DNA of 64,000 nucleotides from positions 11,474,276 to 11,538,275 of the forward strand of contig CM082594.2 of assembly GCA_040954595.2 (NCBI GenBank). Direction: 5' to 3'. Below the pieces are notes generated by a model. The model was not told the DNA's origin. It was given only the letters and a program-made list of their open reading frames with translations, and searched no databases. Position 1 is the first letter of the stretch. The number at the start of each line of letters is the position of its first letter. The stretch comes from Balanoglossus misakiensis (lineage: Eukaryota > Animalia > Hemichordata). Positions 1-10,934 of this stretch are shown in pieces. The translations under genes and the position numbers were made by a program.

Positions 1-2601
1 ATCATCGGGTGTTACACCATCAAACTTACCAATACATTTGTGATTCAACATGGATATTCTCAAAACGTCCTTGTGGTACATGATTTAAATACTAAACCAA
101 GCAGAGTATTGTGTTTGTATTTCTAGTCTGTCCGTTTTCTTGTCCATTGCTGGAAGGTTGTTCATTTCTTGCTTATACTTAAACAAGTGAATGTTTTATG
201 CAAACAGGGAGTTTTAGCAGTCATTTTTTGCATTAATTACATTGCCATCATGTGACACGTAATCTGCAAGGTAAACTTTTTCACCTTTTCAAAGCTTTTA
301 ATAACTTAAATGTTAGCATCATTCTAAATAAGGAAAACTGTTTAATCGACGTATTTTTTTTAAATGGCATCTGCTGCAAAGATAAATACCATCAAAATCA
401 TTCCAATATCTATTCTGTTTATACAGTTGTCATTATGAAATATTTCACTTGTTTTGATTTCTTCCTAGCGCATAATTATTTCAAAAGCATCGAAACAATT
501 CAATGAAAGAAATCATGTCACTGATTAAACTATATTTCAGAGAAAGGGAAATAAATACACACTTTGGTAGCAATCCAAATTTAAAATTAATTAAACCATC
601 CCTGTCCGGGAAGACTAAGCAGATAATGATTAATTTCAAAAATGAGTTTTATAAAATGAATATCCCCCCCCCCCCCCTTCAACGCACACCCTGCACATTT
701 TTATATATATTTGATTCCCCCTAATCAATGCAGGTTGCAACCACTCCCTCATACTATGCTAGCTGTAGCACAATTGTCAACTTTCGTTTTTAATAAATAA
801 TCATGTCCGTGAGTTTGATTGGAATAAAAAAAAAAAATACAGGAAAAAAATGTGACAAAGGTGTCCAAGAGAATGAAATCGAAATCCGGGAACTTATAAG
901 AAATGTAACGATATGATATCCGACGAAAACAGCAGTCAAGTTTGTCCTTTTAATATCGTACACACTTAAAATTGCTGTATACTATGGACTCAGGAAACGG
1001 TGTCAAGTACTCGAAAGCAATATAAGTTATGAATATTTAGTGTGTCCACCATTTCGTGATATGTGTACAGTATTATATAGACGCAGACGGCGTACGGTGT
1101 TTATAATCGGTCAGCTCAGTGAATTTTTCACGTGTAATAAGCAGATAGTCTTTTAAAAAGACGTGGACAATGTTGTGATGTTTCACGCCACAAAGCTTTG
1201 CCAGGACTACATACTAATACTGATATTGAGCATGTATGGTACTGGCAACGAAAATGTTGAAACTGTGGATAACAAAAACTGACAAGTGTAAGAGTTACAA
1301 TTGAAAGGATATATACATAGTACACACAACATGATGGCCTACCTACACTCGTCGGCGTGTTCTGCTTCTGTCGGTCCCTTGTCGAATCACCCTACGCTGG
1401 CACGAAGATTACAGAATAAAACGCGACCAGATTATCATAGCACCGATTTAAAAAGATACTGAGAACACAGGCCTAGAAAATCTGTGATCACGATTAAAAT
1501 TTAGCGAGGAACACTGAAAAGAAATAAAAAATGATTATCACAGAGATGCAATTTCATCAACCGGTGCATCGCCGTGACGTTTCAATTCATGCTGCTTCCC
1601 ACTTTCAATGACGTCACTTCCTTTTCGAAGAGCAGCAGAAGGATATTTTATTGCATGCAGTTTCTTTTAAACTTTAATGAACACACATAATCGAGAGAAA
1701 AAAGCCAAGTTCATAGACATATGCGCGGCCATGTTTTGTACGCTTTGTCCCATTGTCCCCACGCCGTACAGTGACACGTACAGTGACAATGACAGTGTCA
1801 GAACTTGCTCGCTTGTGTTGGATACTAGCCTGATACATGTACTAAAGTTTGTTTCCGATCTGTAGGCCTACGTTTTTATTCCTTGCGCATAAAATTATTG
1901 TTCCCTTCTGTAGAAGGAAACGTCTACTAACTAAGGCTATAGTACAACTCGATTCTTTGAAATACTTGACCACGCTACCCACTGTATTCCAAGTAGGCCG
2001 ACTGGGCTCCTTCGGGTTTTTGAAAGTCATAATGGGTTGGCATCACATCATCCAGTTGATTAGAGTTTCGATTGCGTATATTTCCCGATACATTATACAT
2101 GTAGGGGATTCCCAGAAAATGAGGTGGAGAGGGCCATATCCAGTGGTGGTGTGATACTTTTACGAAGTGATGAGGTGGGGTGGGCTGTTGGTTGGGACCA
2201 TTAGGCCTTTTTGGCAAATAAGGTACAAGTTACAACAAAAACATTTGTGAAACTTCGTGTATTACACTATTTTTTTCTGTTCTACAGTTAGTCAAAATAT
2301 CAAGGATTCACAGAAAGTTAGTAGTAAGTTAACAGTCTGCGTTGATGTAATACATATGCCTACATGAAGTTTGTCATTAAAGATTGAACTCACATATTAT
2401 AGTTTCTAAATTGCTTTCATAGATGAAAATGAATGAATGAATGATGCGAAATTAGCAAGAGCTCGTCACTTAAAGTTGTGTTGACAATCATTTCAGAATC
2501 GTTTTCGATTTTTCCATTCGTTGCTGCACTTTTTATTGTCGAATTGCGGACAGAGCGCAGTCAAACGGAACTGTTTGGACCGAAATGGCGGATGGATGTA
2601 A

Positions 2602-3060
2602 TCACTTCTCACATAAAGTCATTCGGATGAAACTGGAGGAACATCCTTTCATGCAACAGAAATGGAAAATGGCATCGGAAAGTTTGCCATCTTCACGGGC
2701 CATCTGCCCCTTTCCAATCCAGATGTTTGTCCCCAAATAGACATCCATCAGCTCGATTAGTTCCTCCCAGAGTTCTTCACTTGTGTGTTTGTTGTACGGA
2801 TCTGCCGCTGCCGTTTCGCAGACTCTGTTGAAAGTTTCCAACAGCTCGGCGCCGCATCGTTTGGTTTTGTCCGTCATTTCGCTGGTCTGTTCTCGTCGAC
2901 CAAGACTGAAACACGGTGCGGCTGGAATGAGTGACGCTATGATGGCGTAGACGAGAAGGCCGCTGATCTTAAAAAGGAAAACGCGAACCATCTCCACTCG
3001 CCTGGATGAGAATAAACACAAAGGGCAAATGACTGATGGAAATATCGTAGAAAAATCCAT
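2602..3060 (-). CDS. Insulin/IGF/relaxin-superfamily prepropeptide, single coding exon (152 aa from ATG 3060, or 129 aa from ATG 2991)
   Basis: Hydrophobic signal-like segment MVRVFLFKISGLLVYAIIASLIPAAPCFS; B-chain motif RCGAELLETFNRVC (C-x11-C); A-chain motif CCMKGCSSSFIRMTLC at the C-terminus. On the minus strand, TATAAA lies at 3208-3213 and AATAAA at 2532-2537. Confidence 0.88.
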   Translation of the reverse strand: MDFSTIFPSVICPLCLFSSRRVEMVRVFLFKISGLLVYAIIASLIPAAPCFSLGRREQTSEMTDKTKRCGAELLETFNRVCETAAADPYNKHTSEELWEELIELMDVYLGTNIWIGKGQMAREDGKLSDAIFHFCCMKGCSSSFIRMTLCEK

Positions 3061-4536
3061 GGTCGTTGTGCGTACGTCCAGACATATTTGAACTGTTTCG
3101 AAATGGTTGCGTTGGAAAGTTTTAGTTTTGAGAATTTTCTAGTTAGGCCTACACTTTTCGTAAACGATCAACCGACATAGCAAGAACTACGGGCTTTTCT
3201 TTAGCGCTTTATATTAAAACGTACGCTCTTTTTGGCAAACGTATTGATTCTACACCAATGATGAACTACCCATGCACGTACAGAATATTCCTACCTTCAG
3301 ATAGTCTCAGTAATATGTCGGTATACAGGGGCAATTTCGCCACAGTTTGAATGTTTGGTTTTAGAATTCTGCTGCCGAGTGACTGCCTTCCTTGATAGTA
3401 CTCCGAGATTCGCGTTTTGCTGAAAAAGATGCCAGTTTTTCGTTGAAATAAATCGTTCAAAGACAGTCTATTGGCCCATTTGTCCCACGTGACTTGCAGT
3501 GGCTCGTGCGGTAGGTTTGTACAATTTGCGTAATCGTCGACAACCACACCTGTTCTCAGGAAAGATGAAACTCTCTTATCCCCACGGGGTGTTAGGATAT
3601 CAAAACCGGCGGTCGAAAGATTGTCATAGCGCCAAGTGAGTTATCTGCTTTGTGTATATCCAAAAAATGCGAAACTTTGACAGGCAAGTAAAAGCGACTT
3701 TTTGAACAATGAAATCCTGCAAATTTTTTCCTTAAACATCATTTTATAAGCGTACAACGGGTTAAGTGGTGTCTGGAAGCCATTTCAAATGTACAATATA
3801 GAAAATTTTGACAGTAATAATGCATTCTCTTCCATTTGTGGTACATATTAAATAACAGTTAAAGAGCAAGCCATTTTTTCGTTTCCTCCCGAAAAGCTTT
3901 TAGTGTGGCTGCTTTTCACATTCCATGATGAAAGTCAGTCATGTTTTCTTGCAATGTTTGGGTGACAATGGGATGCAGAGGAAGACAGGACATGCAGGGT
4001 AAAAGCTTTCAGTTCTAACAGTCTGACTTTGTTACACAGCACACAGCTTGATGTCAGATCCATGCATGTCGCATTGCAACTCTGAAATCTGTTGACCTCA
4101 TGTCATTTCTCATTCTTTGAACTCTCTTAATTATATGACATAGCATAACAAGAAATCGTTTACAGTCTATTTTGACTTATCTGTTATTCCCACACACGTC
4201 ATATCATCACAAATAAACACAGATCAGTCACAGTGGAGAGATTTTATTCCATCTTGTAACTGTGAAGATACAAATGGATATATACCATTTTTAAAACATA
4301 TGTACACATTTTTTTGACAATACAATAAAGTGTCAAATTAATTCCATCAACTTGGTTCTTGTCATCAAAGGAACTGACATTTCCTCCCAGGGAAGTCTGT
4401 ATAAACAAATCCCTGTGGAAGGCTATCCACAAAATTTTGTCCATAGTGTTCATTACAGCAATGTCTGAGATGATCTATCAACGGAATGACCTGATAGGCT
4501 GATTTAGCAGGGTGGCACAATTGATTGGTTGGTACA

Positions 4537-6555
4537 TCAGAGTGAAATGACTGGGATGAAATACTGTAGTGACATGTCTTCATGGAGTAAAAAGAAGTGA
4601 ATGGTATGATTGTGAACGATATCTGAAAAAAAAGAAAAAGAAATAAAATATTTTATGTGAAAGGAAAGTTATCTCGTGTTCACATGAAAAATAATGTGAT
4701 TTAATACATACTGTACCCAATAACTAATCATCATGTAAGGGCACTACTAGATATCTGAGTTCTGTTGCTGAAGTGTTCTTATTTCTCCATCTCTCTCTCC
4801 TTTCCCCATAAAAGATCTATACAATCTAGATTCCCTGATACTTACTACATATCACCTTGGTAGGATTAATTTGCTGACCAATGAGGAAATTGGAGAACTT
4901 TTTGATTTCGATTCTAGCCGATGAAAACTCTGTGTCTTTTTCTTGGCTTTGACTTTGAAACTGGCTGGACTGGTCAGCTAAGTTGCCATCACTGCCTGTG
5001 AGAAAGTGGTTGAAATATGTCAATGATTCATCATGTACTTAGTTTTATGAGTAGGCATAGAGTGCTACTGTCTATATGCTATACTTACTCCATGTTGGGT
5101 GTGGCAGGTCACGGAAGTGGGTGGTACAGGTCACCATGTCTGTTTCAACTTTCAAGGTCATTTCTCCACTCTGATTGGCTGACAGAATCTAAAAGGTAAC
5201 CATGGAAAATGTTCATTTAAAGTAGGCAGATCCTTTGGTGCAGGTCTACAGAGAACTGTCTTAGCTTGCTGTACTGCATTTAAAAACTTTAAACAGGAAA
5301 GTCTCTCCTACATAAAGAGAATTATGAGAAAACATGATTTGACCAAATTGTACTCACCACGTAGCTGCTAAGATTCTTCATTCTATCAACTACATTGCGA
5401 AGAACTTTTAACGGAGGCATGTAAATACTAACCTGAAACAAACAACCATCCAAGGGTCATTTCCTACATAATAAACTAACTTTGAATGTCACTATGTGAA
5501 CAACCTTTGTGAAATCTGTCTATGTAGGTTTTCGGCAGTAACTATAAATTACCGGTATATGTGTAACAATAATTTGCAAGTACATGAATACTCACATCAA
5601 AATCTGGCATTGGTGGTTCCTTGTAATCTCCCCACAGTCTCTGTGGTATCACATTCACTGGCACGTCGTGCAACACATTACGACTATGTGCTGTCATAGA
5701 TGGCTACAAAAACAAACAGGTAAATTTGATTGCAAGGTTAGGGTAGATGTCTAAGGTGTACATGTAAACGTCCGCTGGATGACCATGTAGAAGAAAGAAT
5801 GGCAAATGCTAGTCTAGTCCACATATACTTCAACTCACCAATTCAATATCAAAAGTGAGGCAAGGCGTGTGTTTCTTGGTCAGTTTGATTTTCAGTGACT
5901 TTGCTGTCTGTGCCGATTTCAATGCCCTCACCACGCTATCAAGGGTGACGTCTAGGAAGATCTCATTGGCTGCTGCAGACACTCCATCCATGTTGTATTC
6001 GTCAAAGAAATTGGCCTGTAAAGGAAATATAACAAACTTCAAGAGTTGGCACGTCATGATACAGTTGTATGATGGTATTTTTCTTTCTGGTTTCTCCCTT
6101 TACATCAAAGACAGAGTGATGGGTACCCGATAGGACACTGCAAAATATGTTCAGAGACGCTGAAACCAGATGCACCCAATGCTACCACATCACAGCCTCT
6201 CGTAAAACCACACTCACCTGGACGAGCTCACACCAGATACTGATTGCAGCATTGGAAAGGCTGTCACTCACAATAAAATACAGTTTATTGTGGGTTATCC
6301 TCAGCACGCAGGTCTTGGCGAGTTTTCCAATGGTACCAACCATACCTGTAGGACGACAGAAACCTGTGGTGAGTGTAGGGCTACGGACTCTCAGCAAGGC
6401 TGCAAAACCAAAACATCGCTGCACAGTTTTTTTCAGAGCTGAGCCTGTAAAACAAGGTCGGGAACTCGCTCCCAGAATATTTTTTTTCATTTTGAATACA
6501 TACGTGTGAAATGCTGGATACAGCCGATATCAACGAGTTTTCCTCTAAACCTCAT
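4537..6555 (-). CDS. HUS1: Checkpoint clamp 9-1-1 subunit HUS1, 291 aa; exons 6555-6504, 6345-6218, 6015-5839, 5703-5596, 5432-5358, 5188-5089, 4995-4846, 4622-4537
   Basis: All 7 introns are GT-AG and the frame is continuous (876 nt). Translation [34 protein letters not shown]...WCELVQANFFDEYNMDGVS...KIKLTKKHTPCLTFDIEL...HDVPVNVIP...VSIYMPPLKVLRNVVDRMKNLS...GQQINPTKVICNIV...LLHEDMSLQYFIPVISL matches the HUS1 family along its length. Confidence 0.97.
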
Positions 6556-6624
6556 GGCTGTTTCAATGGAACATTATATTGAAATTATCATTTATTTTGA
6601 TACTCGACTCCCACAATCGTATTT

Positions 6625-6680
6625 ACCGCCGCCATGTTATATCTCGCTACAGCCAAATCTCGCAACTAAATATGCGAGAT
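6625..6680 (-). promoter_or_regulatory. HUS1 housekeeping-type promoter (YY1-like motif and TCTCGC half-sites)
   Basis: CGCCGCCATGTT at ~6627-6638; TCTCGC/GCGAGA half-sites at ~6642, 6658 and 6674; CpG-rich stretch between HUS1 and the tRNA. Confidence 0.45.
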
Positions 6681-6927
6681 AGTACGATACATAAGCTAAG
6701 CTCTGCGCGAGGGCGCTGTAACTTCCAAGTCTGAAATCCGCGACGCGACGTGAGAGAGTTTATAACATTGCACATTCGTTCCCGTTTTAACGCTTTTCTC
6801 GGCTAAGTTGAATACTTAATCACCGGGTGAATATCCAAGACAACCACATGATCCCAGCCACATTATGCGAGGCTGTCTATTGTCATTCACCAGTTTTATA
6901 GAGCTATACCACTCTGGTTTGGGCCAT

Positions 6928-7000
6928 GGCGCGGTGGCCTAGTGGATAAGGCGTTGGCCTCCGGAGCCAAAGATCGGGGGTTCAAATCCCCCTCGCGTCG
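6928..7000 (+). tRNA. tRNA-Arg (anticodon CCG)
   Basis: 73-nt cloverleaf: acceptor stem GGCGCGG/TCGCGTC, D arm with A-box TGGCCTAGTGG, anticodon arm TTGGC-CTCCGGA-GCCAA, T arm with GGTTCAAATCC B-box. A short T-run terminator follows at ~7009-7012. Confidence 0.95.
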
Positions 7001-8344
7001 GACTATTCTTTTACTATCGACGACATCGCATTTGCCGATTCACCGACCTCGTTTCCGAGTTGCAAACCGGAAAGACGTGGAAATATTGCTTTATTGCGCA
7101 AATGCGGTGATGATAAGTGCATTGACCTCGGGGTATGGCACACAACCATATGACTGGCCAGAAAAGTTTGAATTTGGGCCTGAACTGAAATGGTATCACA
7201 CAAAAAATCTGAAAAAGCACGCGTATGGTTACATGCACAGTTGCATATGAACACTACGCATTTTTCTTATGTCAGCAAAAGTGTATTTCACTAAGAACAT
7301 ATTTCTTAACTCTAAATTTTAGTTGACTTGTCACCGTTTATCCCACAATGCATTGTGGCCAACAATTTTGATGTGTATAAACTGTTGTTCAGCGAACTTT
7401 TCACCAACTTGAAATGTCATGAAAAGGTGACGGACTCTGGGGGGCAACACTGGGGAGTCAATATTCAGTTTCTTAAAACGCTATTTGGTAAGTAAACCAG
7501 AACTGGGTCACTGACAATAGCTCCCTCTTTAGACAGGACAAGGCTTCGCACAAAGATTTGTATTGTGTCAAACTCTCGTCTGTCTATATTGGATGAGCCA
7601 CCCATTCGTGACAATTACAGAGCATGACCAGAAAAACTGACACGTGCACCTAGCTCCCGCCGTCGCCTCGTCAAAGTGAGTTTTAGAAGTGAAAGAGGTT
7701 TATTCATGATTGTCATCATGTGTTACGTGTCTGCGTTTACTCAATAGCACCACTGAGAGAAATTCTACATACTAAGTACACTGGTCACATGGTCTTTGAG
7801 TGACTCCCTCTCAACCCACACCCACAGCAGTGTTCGAAGTTCGCAGTTGTAGGGCACTCGACCTAAAGGTATTCAACATGGATGTGTGTCATGGAGTGTA
7901 TGTTGACATGTTTACTACCGCTTGAGTCCACAAGGAACTGTCAACACTTCGAAACACCCGACATTTGCAATTGTGCAGAAGGTGCCTGGCAAGCAGGTCA
8001 GAAAGTGAGTCGTAAAACTGGGGACCATATATCTTCGACTTGGCTGTACACGGAGTACACATCGCGCTTAAAAGCAGAAATCTACGTCAGGTCTTTTTAC
8101 GGAGGTTGACGACACTGTATTTAGCACGTGCACTATATGTGTTTCCTGTTCGACAAGGAAGTGAACAAACCAAGACAACATCGCAAAAGTTTGAAGTGAT
8201 CACAAACAGACGACACCTGTATTCGGTTATCAGTGACCGGTGTTATTGAATGACACGCTCGCATTGTTTAATACAATATGTCAAGAGACGACTTCCAGTA
8301 GAGAGCACCATTGCCAAACAGACTTTTCTCGACAAAATATCACC

Positions 8345-10231
8345 ATGGAAGTTAAAACTGGTTGGGCTGGAAGAGTTCTGTGCTGTTGCTGCTGTCGGTC
8401 GGGAAAAGACGACGACGTGTCCAAATACGTCCACCCAAGCGAAGCTGACGAGAGGACAGGCTTACTCAGGTAAGGGGGGAGTATGCAACGCCGACATGTT
8501 TAGTGACAATACATAACAGTCGGAATGTGGTAACACACAATAGCTTTAAAATGACAATAGTATTGTGTCCAATGCGCATGGAATCTCAGTGTACATTGTT
8601 ATTAAACAGTACTTGGAGTGTTTCTCGCACTCTGTGTATAAATAAACGCCGATGGTCAAATGAATACTACATCACGAAATTTGCACAAACAGGTATTGGT
8701 CACGGTGTATTGCGCTGCGATATTTTTGAGTGACGGCATAGGGTCTATGGTGACGGTCGGTAACAGATCTAATCGAAGTGTACAATACCCATACCAGAGA
8801 TACTTGAAATCATTAGCTCGTCTGATTAGATTAACCAGTGTATGTTTTTGTCGATTGCAAAGGGCCTTGTGTCATCACCAAGGCAACAACTGATACGGAC
8901 AATATTTTTTTCTTATCATAATAATATGACAACCACGCTTTTTATCCACTGCCATTCATTATCGACATTTGATCCATTTCACCGTGAAAAAACTCTCAGT
9001 GGTGGCCATGGCAACAAGGTGATCGGACAGTGAGTAGCTCTTTTACGTACCGTAAGTTTACATGTACATCTAAATGTCTTGATCAAATTAGTGATTTCAT
9101 GTAATACAGCATCGTATGTCGTTATGACCTAGTAACTTATATGTTTAATTTGTAAATGTAAAGCTGTTCAAAATATCATCTTCATATCATATGACCGATA
9201 TTCAAAAGCATATCCAACAAACTAAGCTTGATTTTCAGAATGTCTTAACGTTTTTGCTTGTTTTAAATGTGCAGTAGTTTCCCACCGCCTCGCCATCACA
9301 ACGGACTACAGACTGGTATCGAATATTCCGATAACGTCAATTTATGGAACGAACCTTTTGATACGAGTCACACCGAGTGTGAAGAGGACATGGCCCTCTT
9401 TAGACTTATAGAGAACCAAGAAAAATGGCGTCCCGGTTCACAGGTAGGTCATAGTCGACGTTCACTCTTTTGCTCGTGGCATACACAATATTTCTTGCAT
9501 TGGGACCAACCAAGCGTACTACAGTGTTTAGTAAATCGTTTTGCCCGGGCCTTCCGAAAGCTAACTCTATTTTTCTTGATCATCGCAGGAGTGGACGCAA
9601 CTTCACGTCGAAATAAACAAAATACGGCAAAGGAGAATGGACGTTCAAGAGAGATGGAAGGTCGTTTTGCGTGGTCTAGGTGCGTTGTTCTCTCGTGAAC
9701 TGCTCATTGTGAAAATATCATGATAGTCCCGATATCGGTTCGTTTACTATATCTTTGTGAATTGCAGGCTTTATCGACGAAGTGGAATCGGGAATTATGA
9801 GCCCAATATCATCTTACTCCAGATCACACAAGAGATTGCCGGTGTCATGTGCTACCACCGCGCGAGAACTCTTCCAGAAACTTTCGAGGGAAAGTGCAAT
9901 ATTTGCCGGTCATAGTGTCCAAGCACAATCGCAACGTTACCTAATTATGATGGTAAGCATGATGGTCAATATTAATCTGAAAAATAATCACAAATTTTAT
10001 ATCATCCTTGCTGATTGTCCGAATTCTTCTAAACGACTTCACATACTTAAATCAAATGAAACATAAATGTCAAATTCTGATCAAATGTGAGCACAGTGTC
10101 ATTAATACTACTTTGATTTACAGGAGCGATTATTTGACCTGGCGACAGCCGAAGGATTTGTGGAGGCAGCGATTGAATTGTATCCGAACGACGGTACGAG
10201 GATTGAGACGACAGATGACGAGTGGGGATAA
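8345..10231 (+). CDS. MREG: Melanoregulin homolog, 225 aa; exons 8345-8469, 9275-9443, 9589-9679, 9768-9952, 10124-10231
   Basis: Kozak context CACCATGG. N-terminal Cys cluster LCCCCC and acidic dileucine ERTGLL. Blocks NLWNEPFDTSHTECEEDMALFRLI, EWTQLHVEINKIRQRRMDVQERWKVVLRGLGF and RYLIMMERLFDLATAEGFVEAAIELYP parallel vertebrate MREG as recalled (NLWSMPHDVSHTEADDD, EWQKLNYDIHTLRQ, ERYLFVVDRLIALDAAEEF). GT-AG introns, frame intact, AATAAA at 10285-10290. Confidence 0.9.
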
Positions 10232-10934
10232 CGTAGAAGCCACCAATTGGACAATTTCGTACGCCATATTTACATATTACTAACAATAAATGGACTGCTT
10301 GCTTCGTCCACAGGAAGGAAAATCGATTTTCATCGAAGTCGAAATTTGCAAAAGTGTAAAAAAGATCGAAAATTACTTGCAACTGATATTTACGACCAGA
10401 TAAAAACTGCAACAATTGTAGAAACCTTGCATAAGTAAACGAATTCTATTTGACTAATTTCATTTGAGGTAAAAATTATATTTATTTCGGAATACTCTCA
10501 AAACAGTAAAACATTCACACAACATTTGTTAAATAACGCCACAAGTTAGTACTGCGAGCAAAAACAGACAAAAATAATCGCATAAAGTTTCTCTTGTATA
10601 TAGTTAAGTTCAAACTGACCGTGAAAGAAAACAGTTAATTAACGTCTAACTATCGAAGTGCTGTATTGTCAAACAATTAGGGGTTCACAAATCACGATAG
10701 ACCCCGCCGGTGTATTCAAGATACAAGATTTTTTTTGATTTTATAATATATTTATACCGAGTTTGCTACTATAATAAAATCTCTGATGTTACAATTTCAT
10801 AGATGTTATAAAAATATATTTCTTTTCTATCTATATCTGTTAATAATTCCTCTTTCAAGCAAGGGATTTGAAACCGTCAATTGTCCGTGTTTCTATCCCA
10901 TCAACCTATCCGTCAGCTCCAGAGGGTGTAGTTT

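Noticed and set aside
25-190. Possible minus-strand exon ending at a GTAAGT donor near position 30, and another donor-like site near 1341
   Set aside because: Only ~20 open codons, no recognisable protein, and any continuation lies outside the window.
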